DNA of 64,000 bases, taken from contig CAYMEW010000015.1 of assembly GCA_964389755.1 (NCBI GenBank), positions 2,002 through 66,001 of the forward strand. Reading direction: 5' to 3'. The DNA is from an uncultured Flavobacteriales bacterium (GTDB lineage Bacteria; Bacteroidota; Bacteroidia; Flavobacteriales_D; Crocinitomicaceae). Position numbers and translations under genes: made by a program. Below, piece by piece: positions 38,469 to 48,382 of the stretch (position 1 is the first letter of the stretch; each line of letters starts with the position of its first letter). The notes below the pieces were generated by a model. That model made no database searches, was not told the origin of the DNA, and saw only the letters and a program-made list of their open reading frames with translations.

Positions 38469-40200
38469 TAGCCAGGTGTTTCCGGATGAACTGGTTCCAC
38501 TTTTTCATTTTGAGTTCGAGTACGCCGTGCGCCGTTTCGCGGCAAAAACGTTCTTCCAGAAAGTAGAGTTTCTGGTTATATTCGTAACACAGTTTGTCCA
38601 GGGCTTCCGCACTTCGATCTGATTCCGCGATCCGTCTTTCAAACTCGCGCCTAAGAATTTCGGCCAGGTCAAAATACATGTTTATGAAACACAGTCCTTC
38701 GCGGTCGGAGGGCAGGTGAAAGTAACTGCCATAAGGGTCGAAAACGACAGCAGTCACAATCTGCACGCTGTCTCCAATCACCGTGCGATCGGCAAAAATG
38801 TGAACCAGCAGGTTGTAATTTCGCGCGCCGCTCATATTGAACCGGGAGACTTTAACGTCCGGAGGCACGGCTTCCCGGTAGAGCATGCGTTGCGGAGACC
38901 ACTGTAAATAGGCGTGTTTCAACAGGAAATACTGGATGTGATCGTCATGTTGCCGGACCGTGTCGCGGTTGGTAAGCGTGTGTGGATCGTCCAAAAAAGC
39001 TTCGTTCTCATGATGCTCATCATGCAGGCTCAGTTCCGTATTCTGTTCCCAGAAATACCCATTGTAGGGAAGCGCGTTGATCTTTCGGTAATCGGCGTGT
39101 TCTACCGGACCGAAATCAAAATGCGGATCGTCAAAAGGTTCGTCGTAGTCGTAGGCATATAAAAGGGCTTTCGTGGAAACTTCGTAACCCATACCGTCTT
39201 CCTGCAGGTAATCGATCGTATAGTTGAAGTCCACGTGTTGAAAACGCATAGTCCCGTCCTTTTTTTCAAAGGTTTTGGTCACATTCAGGTCGAGGTCTCG
39301 GATTGAGTCACCCGGAAAAGCAAGGAACGGATGCTGTGCGGCATGTTCGCAGCGGAGTTCGATCTTGTGAATTTCGGAGTGATCCGGGTCGATCCAAACC
39401 GTTCCGGAAAAGAAGGCACCGGAAGTATCACGCGGTGTAAAACGGATCACGCAAATGGAGTCTCCGGCTTCATTCCGGTAGTTTCCGCCCGGTCGTAAAA
39501 TAAAATCCCTTCGCATCTGCCGTGAATTGAGTTCCAGGGGAGAAACCGGGAAGAATTTATTTTCATTCGTCAGCTTCATGCGAACAATGGCGATGGAACT
39601 TTCGGTGGAACGAAATAAAATATTTTTTAGCGGACGCACGCCAATACGACCTGTTTTAACCGTAAGGTCGTCCAGATCGTAGCCTTTGACGAGTCCATTG
39701 TAATAGCATTCGACGAGTTCGATCTGTTTACCGTCTATGAAACTTTTTAATTCGTAATAATCGCGGGACCGGTATCTTCCTTTGGGTGCCTTCGCAGCAC
39801 AGCGATGCAGATAGGTATACAAGTAATCGTAAGCGCTGGCCGAAACAGTGACCATTTGCGTAACCTGGTAACTGCGTTCCAGCCGAATTTCATAAATACG
39901 CCCGGTGTCACTGACCGGGAAGAATAGCGTTTCGTAGCCGGTTAGCGTGACGCGCAGTGTATCGGGAAGTTTTGAAAGTCTGAGTTTAAAATAACCATTC
40001 TCATCCGTTAGGGTACCTGTCCGGTTTTGCGTGGAATAAATGCGTGCATAAGGCAAAATTTCACCGCTTTCACTGTCTTTCAGTCTTCCTTCAAGGGTTT
40101 GGGCTTCAAGTAACGAAGACGATAGTATAAGTAAAAGCAGCATGAGGTGCTTCCAACATTTCGAACTATGGTCTTTGTATTTCCGGTGTTGTACTTTCAT
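38428..40200 (-). CDS. CarboxypepD_reg-like domain protein, paralog 1
   Basis: Start chosen at MKVQHRKYK... with a signal peptide. N-terminal LEGRLKDSESGEILPYARIY...DENGYF fold signature. Paralogous to the upstream gene. Confidence 0.65.
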   Translation of the reverse strand: MKVQHRKYKDHSSKCWKHLMLLLLILSSSLLEAQTLEGRLKDSESGEILPYARIYSTQNRTGTLTDENGYFKLRLSKLPDTLRVTLTGYETLFFPVSDTGRIYEIRLERSYQVTQMVTVSASAYDYLYTYLHRCAAKAPKGRYRSRDYYELKSFIDGKQIELVECYYNGLVKGYDLDDLTVKTGRIGVRPLKNILFRSTESSIAIVRMKLTNENKFFPVSPLELNSRQMRRDFILRPGGNYRNEAGDSICVIRFTPRDTSGAFFSGTVWIDPDHSEIHKIELRCEHAAQHPFLAFPGDSIRDLDLNVTKTFEKKDGTMRFQHVDFNYTIDYLQEDGMGYEVSTKALLYAYDYDEPFDDPHFDFGPVEHADYRKINALPYNGYFWEQNTELSLHDEHHENEAFLDDPHTLTNRDTVRQHDDHIQYFLLKHAYLQWSPQRMLYREAVPPDVKVSRFNMSGARNYNLLVHIFADRTVIGDSVQIVTAVVFDPYGSYFHLPSDREGLCFINMYFDLAEILRREFERRIAESDRSAEALDKLCYEYNQKLYFLEERFCRETAHGVLELKMKKWNQFIRKHLAIDNLEIFKVYASN

Positions 40201-41953
40201 TTTCTGAAATATAAGGTTGAAAAAGTTCAATATTGTCAATACCGAGAGAATCGCGCACCACCCCGTTCCACATTTCGGTTTTTCGTTGGTTGGTTCCCCG
40301 GTCACATTCTTTGAAATAGCGTTCACGCAGGTCGATTAGTTTCTGATCGTATGTTTGGCAAATGCGTTCAAAACTCGCGACCTGCCGGTCGGATGCGTCG
40401 AATTCAGCCTGCATCTCCCGGCGAAGTATTTCGCAGAGGTCGAAATAAATATTCATAAAGCAGACTGCCTTTGGATCAACAGGCAGGTAATAATAGCTTT
40501 CAAACGGATCGAAAACGGTTTCCGTACAGATAATAATACTATCGCCGGCCCCGGTTCGGTCTGCATAAAGCTGGACGCTAAGATCGTACCTGCGTGCGGC
40601 ACTTTGGGTTACCGGTCGCGCGATATCCGTAAGTGTATCCTGTACGGCTTCGCGAAAGCGGATCCTTTTTTCGGACGACCAGTGAATATACGGATGTTCA
40701 AAATTTTCGGTTCGCTGCGGATACTTATTTGTTTCGAAAAAGCGTTTTCCCAGAGTCAGCGGATCGTTGAAAAATGCCGTGTTTTCCGAATGTTCCTCAT
40801 TCAACATCATTTCCCGGTTGTTTTCCCAGAAGAATGCATTGTAGGGCATGGCGATAATATTCCTGTAATCAGCGTAAAGTCCTTCATGGAGCCGGAAATG
40901 CGGTAGCAAAAAGGGATGTTGATAATCGTAGAAATATAACAGGGCACGCGTGTTTAGAGTATATTCTGCCCGGTTCCGGTCGGCATAATGAATGACATAC
41001 TCAAAGTTAACCTGCCGGAAACGCATTTCTCCGTTCACCTTTTCAAATGTCTTGCTGATATGCAGGTCGAGCCGTTTGATCGTATCGTTCGGGAAAAGCG
41101 GAAGAAAAGGATGCTGTGTCGTATTTTGACAATCGTAATCAATGCGGTAAATAGTGTGGTTTTGCGGATCTATCCAGATCTTGCCGGAAAACATCCGGCT
41201 ACTGTCCTGCCGGGGCTGAAAGCGGATCACATAGATCGAGTCATTGTTTTCATCGAGGTAATCGGAAATGCGATTCAGGGTAAAGCGGTCTTTCATTTTC
41301 CGCAAATTCATTTCGAGTGGCGAAAGCGGGAAAAAATCATTGTGTTCCGCCAGATTCATCCGCGTTATGGCCTTTGAATTTTCAGAGGAAAGAAAGAAGT
41401 GATTTTCATAGGGTTGCACTCCGAATCTTCCGGCTTTGAGCGAAAGTCGTTCGAGGTCATTGTTGCGGATCACACTGTTGTAAAAGCATTCAACGAGTTC
41501 GATCTGGCGATCTTCCGCATAGCTTTTTAATTCGTAGTAAGCCCGGGAGGTGTAAGTACTGCCTTGTTTTTTCCGGGCACATTTAAGCAGTAGTTTGTAA
41601 AGCAGATCATCACGCTCGGCGCTGATGTCGACCGTTTCAAGTTCCTGGTAGCTGATCTCCAGCGCGATGTCATAGGTGTTTTGCCCGGCGTTCAGTGCAA
41701 TCAGCCGGGTTTCATAGCCGAACAAATAGATGCGCAGGGTATCCTCCGGGGAGGGAAGATCAAGACTAAAAAATCCGCTTTCATTACTTAAAGTTCCGAG
41801 TTTGGCCTGAAGCGAGAAAATCCGGGAAAAGGGAATGGGTTCACCCGTCCGGTCATTTATCACGTGGCCTTCCACATGGAAATTCTGCGCTCTTGAGATC
41901 GTAAGATAAAAAACGCTGATCAGGCAGAAAACAGATGTGAGGACCCGGTTCAT
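40166..41953 (-). CDS. CarboxypepD_reg-like domain protein, paralog 2
   Basis: Signal peptide. VEGHVINDRTGEPIPFSRIF...NESGFF. Shares many blocks with paralog 1 (YYELKS, QIELVEC, FFPLSPLE, QHPFL, YFDLCEILRRE). Confidence 0.7.
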   Translation of the reverse strand: MNRVLTSVFCLISVFYLTISRAQNFHVEGHVINDRTGEPIPFSRIFSLQAKLGTLSNESGFFSLDLPSPEDTLRIYLFGYETRLIALNAGQNTYDIALEISYQELETVDISAERDDLLYKLLLKCARKKQGSTYTSRAYYELKSYAEDRQIELVECFYNSVIRNNDLERLSLKAGRFGVQPYENHFFLSSENSKAITRMNLAEHNDFFPLSPLEMNLRKMKDRFTLNRISDYLDENNDSIYVIRFQPRQDSSRMFSGKIWIDPQNHTIYRIDYDCQNTTQHPFLPLFPNDTIKRLDLHISKTFEKVNGEMRFRQVNFEYVIHYADRNRAEYTLNTRALLYFYDYQHPFLLPHFRLHEGLYADYRNIIAMPYNAFFWENNREMMLNEEHSENTAFFNDPLTLGKRFFETNKYPQRTENFEHPYIHWSSEKRIRFREAVQDTLTDIARPVTQSAARRYDLSVQLYADRTGAGDSIIICTETVFDPFESYYYLPVDPKAVCFMNIYFDLCEILRREMQAEFDASDRQVASFERICQTYDQKLIDLRERYFKECDRGTNQRKTEMWNGVVRDSLGIDNIELFQPYISENESTTPEIQRP

Positions 41954-41954
41954 T

Positions 41955-42413
41955 TTATTTTTTCAGAAAGTCAAATGCGCCTTTGCGTAAGTTGATACCG
42001 TATTCGAGGGAAGCTTTCATACAGGCCAGGAAGTTCGCCCAGCCTTCCGTGTTATCTTTCAGCCATTTGATGCCTGCCTCGTTATTCGGCCTGCTCTTTT
42101 CCGTGACCGTAATAAGCGTTTGTGAACCGTTATCTACCGGCTCAAGGAGGAAATCTACGGTGGTTTTTTGCGCATCGGAGCCCCACGAAAGTGAAACCAG
42201 CTGATCGGGTTCAACCTTTTCGGTTTTTACCGGGAACTCATCGTTAAACTCCGGGAACTTCCAGTAAACTGTTTTCCCGCTTTCGAGCGGTCCAGAACCT
42301 TTTTCAAGAAAGTAGCCGGCCATTTTCACCGGGTCAACAATGGCATCGAATACTTCTGCTACCGGTTTTGCGATTTGCAATTTACAACGGATCTCAAGCG
42401 TTTCGTTTTTCAT
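41955..42413 (-). CDS. SRPBCC / AHSA1-family protein
   Basis: 152 aa. VFDAIVDPVKMAGYF ... GWANFLACMKASLE pattern. Confidence 0.7.
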   Translation of the reverse strand: MKNETLEIRCKLQIAKPVAEVFDAIVDPVKMAGYFLEKGSGPLESGKTVYWKFPEFNDEFPVKTEKVEPDQLVSLSWGSDAQKTTVDFLLEPVDNGSQTLITVTEKSRPNNEAGIKWLKDNTEGWANFLACMKASLEYGINLRKGAFDFLKK

Positions 42414-42570
42414 AGACGTTTGTGTTTACACTAAAGTAGCGAGAACCACGGACATGTGGAAGAAAATGACGGGAGAAATGAACACTTTAGCCCTTATGCA
42501 GGTCCGAAAATCCTAAAACGAAAAAGTCTGCAGGCGTTTAGCGTAAAAGTGTATTTTTGCTTCGGCCGGC

Positions 42571-43065
42571 ATGCCACCGTACAGCCACATGTCGAAATTA
42601 AAAGAACATATACAGCTTTGGGAAAGGATCCGTGATTTTGAAATGGATGATCCGGAAGCCTCTTTTTCATTCACCGACAGACTCTGCCGGGAGCAGGGCT
42701 GGAGTATGCAGTTTGCCATGCGGGCCGTTGCGGAATACAAAAAGTTCATGCTTTTGATCGCCATTTGTGATCATCCCTGTACGCCATCGGAAGCAGTGGA
42801 TGAAGTATGGCACCTGCACCTGATCTATACACGTTCTTACTGGAAGCACTTTTGCGGGGACACCCTGGGACGCGAAGTCCATCACGAACCCACGAAAGGC
42901 ATTTCGGAGCAGGAAAATTTCCGCGATCTCTATGAGAAAACACAACGAAGTTATACTGCATTTTTCCTGGAACCAGCTCCGCAGGATATCTGGCCTGGTG
43001 TGGAAGAGCGTTTTGCGACCCGATCTCGCAAAAAAAATCCTTTTCGTATCAAACTATTCAAATGA
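42571..43065 (+). CDS. Glycine-rich-domain-containing-protein-like (GRDP/DUF1399-like) protein
   Basis: YKKFMLL...PSEAVDEVWHLHLIYTRSYW...HHEPTKG pattern. The start may be Met at 42589. Confidence 0.55.
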   Translation: MPPYSHMSKLKEHIQLWERIRDFEMDDPEASFSFTDRLCREQGWSMQFAMRAVAEYKKFMLLIAICDHPCTPSEAVDEVWHLHLIYTRSYWKHFCGDTLGREVHHEPTKGISEQENFRDLYEKTQRSYTAFFLEPAPQDIWPGVEERFATRSRKKNPFRIKLFK

Positions 43066-43898
43066 ACATACTTTCAACCCTTACGCCCACCGAAACCTAC
43101 CTGTTACTTCAGGGAAATGACGCCCGTTACCGGGATTTGCTCCGCTATACATTTCTGAACCTCGTATTGAAAAAAGTGTTGCAGGTTGAAGAACGGACGG
43201 TACGCACTTCGCGCAGAAGAGATCGTTCGGTTCGCAGCGTGTATGTTTCTACGGGCACGAACTTTGAAGGATATCATCCTGAACCCTGCGAGATGCCTTT
43301 TCTCTATTTTTTCAGGAAAAACGCCACGATGTCCGTGTTAATGCGTCACCTGGTGCGTGCCGCAACGGAAGAAACGTCTGAACGTGCTTACCGGAAACTG
43401 GTGATAACAAGTAATAATCTGAGCGGATTGCTTCGGCAAAATTTTATTCAGCGTGCGCTGGGACGTTTCGCTTATTCAGACCACGGCAGGCAAGTGCGCG
43501 ACGGAATCCGGCGATACCTGGATGAGGTGGATCGTGAAATCAGTGCGATGCCTGAAAAAGATCCGCAGAAGGTAATCGAAAAAATGGCTCCTTTGGGCGG
43601 AAACGGATTCCTGCTTGAAAGCTATTCGGGTCAGTGGAAAAAAGAAGTAGACCGGTCACTCAAGCAGGAATTTGAACGGAAACACATGTATACCGATTCT
43701 TCGGAAGCTTTTCCGGCGGCTTTGGGGTGGTTGCTCTTTTACGGCACGGATTTCAGTGACAGCTTTGACCATCATGTCGACAGTGCTTTTGATGCGGCCT
43801 GTTCTGGTTGCGGAACTAGCGATAACTCGGGATGCAACAGTGGATGCAGCAGTTGCGGGAGTGGTTGTAGCGGTTGCGGTGGTTGCGGTGGCAGTTGA
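43062..43898 (+). CDS. TIGR04222-like protein with a C-terminal Cys/Gly-rich tail
   Basis: N-terminus LTPTETYLLLQGNDARYRDLLRYTFLNLVLKKVL. Eight Cys in the last 32 residues (CSGCGTSDNSGCNSGCSSCGSGCSGCGGCGGS). Overlaps the upstream stop. Confidence 0.55.
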   Translation: MNILSTLTPTETYLLLQGNDARYRDLLRYTFLNLVLKKVLQVEERTVRTSRRRDRSVRSVYVSTGTNFEGYHPEPCEMPFLYFFRKNATMSVLMRHLVRAATEETSERAYRKLVITSNNLSGLLRQNFIQRALGRFAYSDHGRQVRDGIRRYLDEVDREISAMPEKDPQKVIEKMAPLGGNGFLLESYSGQWKKEVDRSLKQEFERKHMYTDSSEAFPAALGWLLFYGTDFSDSFDHHVDSAFDAACSGCGTSDNSGCNSGCSSCGSGCSGCGGCGGS

Positions 43899-43946
43899 GC
43901 GATTCGGTTTTTTTTTTGTATCTTCAGGTAACTAAAATTACCTTTT

Positions 43947-44438
43947 ATGAATGCTAAACAATTTCAACACACCCCGTGTCCGGTTTGTCAGGGCGCGGTA
44001 ATCGGCAGGTCTGACAAGCGGTATTGCTCTGTTCAATGTAAAAATGCACATCATCTAGCGGCGCGAAAAATAAACCGACCGATGACGGAAGAACAGAACC
44101 GACGATTATTACGGAACCTGACACTCCTGGAGGGAATCATGGGAAACGATGGGAAAACGCTTCGGATCCATAAAGATGAACTAATCCGCAGGGGATTCGA
44201 TCCGGACTCGGTGACAGGACTAAAGTTTCGGAAGAACGGATATCGTTTGTATTGTTATCATTTCAGCTTCACGATTTCGGCGGATGGGATTCTGCACGTT
44301 ATTAGGCACGATAAAGTAGCAGAAGAGTTGCCGGGATTTTATGAACGCTGGACGATCGACTATCCTGAGAATGGGAAGGTGAATCGGAGGGAACGCCGAA
44401 GAAAGGAACGGCAGAAAAGGTTCAGTCAACGCGAATAG
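43947..44438 (+). CDS. Hypothetical protein with an N-terminal zinc-ribbon (CPVC...CSVQC)
   Basis: 163 aa. Cys4 pattern at the N-terminus and a basic C-terminal tail. Confidence 0.55.
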   Translation: MNAKQFQHTPCPVCQGAVIGRSDKRYCSVQCKNAHHLAARKINRPMTEEQNRRLLRNLTLLEGIMGNDGKTLRIHKDELIRRGFDPDSVTGLKFRKNGYRLYCYHFSFTISADGILHVIRHDKVAEELPGFYERWTIDYPENGKVNRRERRRKERQKRFSQRE

Positions 44439-44690
44439 CTAACGGATAAGAAACGATTATTCTAATTGACAATCAGTGGCTTGTTTAAAAATCCTCAGCG
44501 AATAGCAGATCCGTAGGATCACACGACACCTCATTTAAAGAAATCCATATCCAAAATCTGCCGAAAAACCGGATTCACGCATCCGGAACCCGCCCGTCTT
44601 CCGTTTAAAAAACCATCGGATCTGATGAAATCTCGATGCCGAAGGTCACTCTCATACCTGAAATTCGCGCCGAATCGTATCTTTGCATCC

Positions 44691-45641
44691 ATGCCGGTAC
44701 GCGGAAAAGTCATTAAATCGACAGGGAAATGGTACGATGTAGAACTCGAGGACGGGTCACTCGTGCGCTGCCGCATACGTGGAAAGATCCGGCTCGAAAG
44801 CCTGCGAACAACGAACCCGGTTGCCGTGGGAGATCAGGTGCTCATATCCGCAGATACCGACGAAGAAGGTGTTCGCACGATTCTCGACTACGAAGAACGC
44901 ACCAACTACATCGTCCGTAAGTCCACCAACCTGTCCAAACAGATGCAGATTCTGGCTGCTAACGTGGACCGGGCCTACCTCATCGTAACGCTGGTGAATC
45001 CGGTTACACAGCTCGCTTTTATCGATCGTTTCCTCGTTTCAGCGGAGTCCTTTCGGATCCCTGTTACAATTCTGTTCAATAAAACGGATCTGTACAACGA
45101 AGATCAGGCAGAATACCTCCAGGCGCTCATGCACATGTACCGAACGATCGGCTACACCTGCGAAGCGATATCCGCAGAAAACAAAGAGAACATCGATTTC
45201 CTGAAGAATGAGATCGCCGGTAAACAGGTGATGCTTTCCGGGCACAGCGGGGTCGGAAAAAGTACGCTCATCAATACGCTTGATCCGAATTTTAAACTGA
45301 AAACGGGCGAGATCTCGCAGGCGCATTTACAGGGACAGCATACCACGACTTTCGCCGAGATGTTTAAGCTTGACAATGGCGGTTACATCATCGACACACC
45401 CGGCATCCGCGCATTCGGGATCGTGAACCTCGAGAAAGAATACATTTCGCATTATTTCCCGGAAATGCGCGCTCTGCTCAATCATTGTAAGTTTCACAAT
45501 TGCCTGCACCTCAACGAACCGAAATGTGCCGTGCGCGAAGCAGTGGAAAACGGGGAGATCTATGAAAGCCGTTATCATTCATACCGCCAGTTGATGGAAG
45601 AAGACGAGAACGAGACCTATCGCAAAAACGAATACAAATGA
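44691..45641 (+). CDS. rsgA: Ribosome small-subunit-dependent GTPase A
   Basis: [13 protein letters not shown] (OB domain), [25 protein letters not shown]-terminal [14 protein letters not shown] zinc motif. A TATCTTTG box at 44678-44685 favours the internal ATG. Confidence 0.9.
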   Translation: MPVRGKVIKSTGKWYDVELEDGSLVRCRIRGKIRLESLRTTNPVAVGDQVLISADTDEEGVRTILDYEERTNYIVRKSTNLSKQMQILAANVDRAYLIVTLVNPVTQLAFIDRFLVSAESFRIPVTILFNKTDLYNEDQAEYLQALMHMYRTIGYTCEAISAENKENIDFLKNEIAGKQVMLSGHSGVGKSTLINTLDPNFKLKTGEISQAHLQGQHTTTFAEMFKLDNGGYIIDTPGIRAFGIVNLEKEYISHYFPEMRALLNHCKFHNCLHLNEPKCAVREAVENGEIYESRYHSYRQLMEEDENETYRKNEYK

Positions 45642-46087
45642 GGGCCATCATTCAACGCGTTTCAAAAGCAGCAGTACATATCGACGGGAATACTCATTCC
45701 GCGATTCAAAAAGGATTGATGATCCTGCTCGGAGTGGAAGAAGCAGACACTTCCGAAGATTCGGAGTACCTCGTGAAAAAGATCTCCCAAATGCGGATTT
45801 TTCCGGATAAAGATGGGAAAATGAATCTGTCCGTGCAGGATGTGAACGGAGAATTGCTGCTCGTTAGTCAGTTTACGTTACACGCGTCTACTAAGAAAGG
45901 AAACCGCCCGAGTTTTATAAAGGCTGCGCGACCCGATACGGCGATCCCGCTTTATGAAAAAACGGCTGAGCTATTTAAAGCAGAAGGGATTCCGGTGAAA
46001 ACCGGTGTCTTCGGGGCGGATATGCAGGTAGAACTTATTAACGACGGACCCGTAACCGTTATAATCGACTCTAAAAACAGGGAATAA
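45638..46087 (+). CDS. dtd: D-aminoacyl-tRNA deacylase
   Basis: MRAIIQRV...LLVSQFTL...GNRPSF motifs. Confidence 0.92.
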   Translation: MRAIIQRVSKAAVHIDGNTHSAIQKGLMILLGVEEADTSEDSEYLVKKISQMRIFPDKDGKMNLSVQDVNGELLLVSQFTLHASTKKGNRPSFIKAARPDTAIPLYEKTAELFKAEGIPVKTGVFGADMQVELINDGPVTVIIDSKNRE

Positions 46088-46416
46088 TGGAACTGAACGA
46101 AGCGCAAAAGATCGTGGACAAGTGGATTAAGGAGTATGGCGTTCGTTATTTCAACGAGCTGACCAATACTGCGATGCTGATGGAAGAAGTAGGGGAGGTG
46201 GCCCGGATCATGGCGCGACGCTACGGCGAGCAAAGCGAGAAAGAAAGTGATAAAGATAAAGACCTGGGCGACGAAATGGCAGATGTGCTGTTCGTCCTGA
46301 TTTGCCTGGCGAACCAAACCGGCATTGACCTTGAAGCAGCCCTGAAAAAGAACCTTGATAAGAAAACGAAGCGCGACGGAACCCGTCACCGCGAAAACCC
46401 GAAACTGAACGATTGA
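46087..46416 (+). CDS. MazG-like nucleotide pyrophosphohydrolase
   Basis: LMEEVGEVARI ... GDEMADVLFVLICLAN (EExxE/DxxD-type motifs). Confidence 0.8.
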   Translation: MELNEAQKIVDKWIKEYGVRYFNELTNTAMLMEEVGEVARIMARRYGEQSEKESDKDKDLGDEMADVLFVLICLANQTGIDLEAALKKNLDKKTKRDGTRHRENPKLND

Positions 46417-46417
46417 T

Positions 46418-47035
46418 ATGTCACGCGCACTTAAAAAACTCGACGAACGCCTCGAAGGCACGCTATCTGAACTGCAACTGGCTCCGCTCCGGGAAGAAGA
46501 AACGGTGTTGCTATCCAAAAGCAAACAGGGCGGCGATCTCTTGCTGTGCTCACGCGAAAACCTGCTAAATGGCATCGTACTGACTGCTATCCAGAAAGTA
46601 CCTGAGTCGCTCGAAGGTTCACCACGTGTACTCGTCGTTACGGCCAGGCCGGAAAAAGCGTTTGAAATGTATAAACTGGCGCTCGACTTGCTCAAACGCA
46701 CGGAAGTGGATCCGGAACACGCGCACGACACGGGCAACCAGATCGAGCAGCGCAACGACATTTTCGAAGGTGCGGAAATGATCTTCGGAAACCTGCGCCG
46801 CGTCTACGACCTCTACATCCAGAACGGCATCAACATGAACCTCTTGCAACTCGTAATCCTAGACGACCTCGACGAAATGCTTCGCCATGGAAACGCCGGA
46901 CAGCTCAATCGCCTGCTCGAAAGTTTCCCCAAATGCCAGCGCATGGCCATCACCACACAACTTACTCCTAAAGTAGAAAGCATTTTACCCGATTTTCTGG
47001 TGAACCCGGAGGAAAGGGATTTTTTAAATCGTTAA
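46418..47035 (+). CDS. Degenerate DEAD-box helicase domain-1-only protein
   Basis: 205 aa. Shows RVLVVTARPEKA, a LVILDDLDEML (DEAD-like) block and MAITTQLTP (SAT-like), but no intact Walker A GKT. Confidence 0.5.
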   Translation: MSRALKKLDERLEGTLSELQLAPLREEETVLLSKSKQGGDLLLCSRENLLNGIVLTAIQKVPESLEGSPRVLVVTARPEKAFEMYKLALDLLKRTEVDPEHAHDTGNQIEQRNDIFEGAEMIFGNLRRVYDLYIQNGINMNLLQLVILDDLDEMLRHGNAGQLNRLLESFPKCQRMAITTQLTPKVESILPDFLVNPEERDFLNR

Positions 47036-47373
47036 GCTAGCGTCAAACAAGCAGGTTTTTCTGGCAATGACTCTTCAATGAAATCACGTATAAGTTCGAA
47101 TCGCTTGATGAATAGCTGCGCAATTTCGTCTGTCCGTAAATTTCCGGTGCGTAACCAAATGATTTTAGGAGGGTGGCCGTTTAATTGGATGAGGTCATAA
47201 AAATCGGTATCAAAACTAACAATGGTATAGTGATGATCTCTGGCAAACCTCCATATTTCAATGTCAGTTGCATCTTCAAGTCCTACTTCCCGGACCTGCT
47301 TCGCATCCGGAAAAACCGTTCTGATTTTGTGTATCACATGAAATGAAATATTTTGATCGAAAAGTAACGTCAT
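47032..47373 (-). CDS. DUF5615 PIN-like (Mut7-C-type) putative toxin
   Basis: LLFDQNISFHV...TIVSFDTDFYDL pattern. Start overlaps the stop of the DUF433 gene by 1 nt. Confidence 0.75.
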   Translation of the reverse strand: MTLLFDQNISFHVIHKIRTVFPDAKQVREVGLEDATDIEIWRFARDHHYTIVSFDTDFYDLIQLNGHPPKIIWLRTGNLRTDEIAQLFIKRFELIRDFIEESLPEKPACLTLA

Positions 47374-47594
47374 TAGGCAACCCTAAATCGTTGTTCACGA
47401 TCCGCTGCATAAGCCAAACAGGCACGTATTTGATCCTCTGTTAATTCCGGGAAATCGGAAATAATTTCCTGAACGGACATACCGGATGCGAGCCAGTTTA
47501 AAACATCAAATACCGTTATGCGGGTACCGTTGATACACGGTTTCCCAAAACGAATTTCCGCATGGATGGAAATGTATTTTTTATAATCGATCAT
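47373..47594 (-). CDS. DUF433 putative antitoxin
   Basis: RFGKPCINGTRITVFDVLNWLASGMSVQEIISDFPELTEDQIRACLAY, a textbook DUF433 pattern. Confidence 0.8.
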   Translation of the reverse strand: MIDYKKYISIHAEIRFGKPCINGTRITVFDVLNWLASGMSVQEIISDFPELTEDQIRACLAYAADREQRFRVA

Positions 47595-47927
47595 GATTCG
47601 TTCTTATTAGCTAATTTACGAATTCTATTTCGAAAAGTATGCATGAGTGGCATAAAATGCTGAGAATAAAGGAGGGGAGATTTCTCGCACCTAAATCGAA
47701 TTCTGCCAGTCACAACGCTATCGTTCACGCAACAATTTATCGGCTCTTGTGCTAATTTCGAACAGCTTCAAAAAGTGCCGAGCCGTTTCAAATGAAATAC
47801 AACGCTGGAGTAAGTGAAATAGTATTTCCGAAGAAATAGGTAGTGTAACCTTCGCCATGCGAATCCTGATAATCGTATTCAAGGCCGGACTTCAGTAACA
47901 GTTGGATCAGGCATTGTTGGTAAACTT

Positions 47928-48368
47928 TCACGTATATGAAAAATCAATTGAAATTTCCCGGTTTCGTTTAGAGCGGGTCGCTGATGCACGCCGGACGGAA
48001 GCATCTTCTTTATCGATTTTCTTAAGCGTAAATCCCAAATCGAGCATGTGGTCAATAAACTCCCGCAGGCCTTTATTGATGACCCAGTATTTGAAATACG
48101 CTTCAAGCGAGGCTTTGCCGGTCTTCAAAATGGCCTCTGTGGAGTCTTCAATGGGCTGAAAATGAATGTTTAGAGTTGGGAAGGTAATAACCACCTCACA
48201 ATCGAAATTTTTTGAATCGTAAGTGAGTATGGAATGAATGATCCCGTGATCGTTGATCACAATAAATTCTTTATTTTTTTGAAACTCCCACATTTGTTCT
48301 ACACCTCTAAAATATTTATTTCTGAGTTTCCAATCGAAATCGGATAATTGAACTTTAACCTTCCTCAA
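47928..48368 (-). CDS. Hypothetical protein (TTG start in the track; first ATG at 48293)
   Basis: ORF only, no recognisable domain, AT-rich. Confidence 0.4.
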   Translation of the reverse strand: MRKVKVQLSDFDWKLRNKYFRGVEQMWEFQKNKEFIVINDHGIIHSILTYDSKNFDCEVVITFPTLNIHFQPIEDSTEAILKTGKASLEAYFKYWVINKGLREFIDHMLDLGFTLKKIDKEDASVRRASATRSKRNREISIDFSYT

Positions 48369-48382
48369 ACGTTGGTATATCC

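Noticed and set aside
40201-40326. N-terminal 42-aa extension of ORF 38428-40326
   Set aside because: It overlaps the 3' end of the upstream paralog. A Met at 40200 is followed by a typical signal peptide, so the shorter model is preferred.
45952-46761. 269-aa minus-strand ORF
   Set aside because: It runs antisense across three well-supported + strand genes (dtd, mazG-like, DEAD-like). It is Ser/Cys-rich low-complexity and is a spurious shadow.
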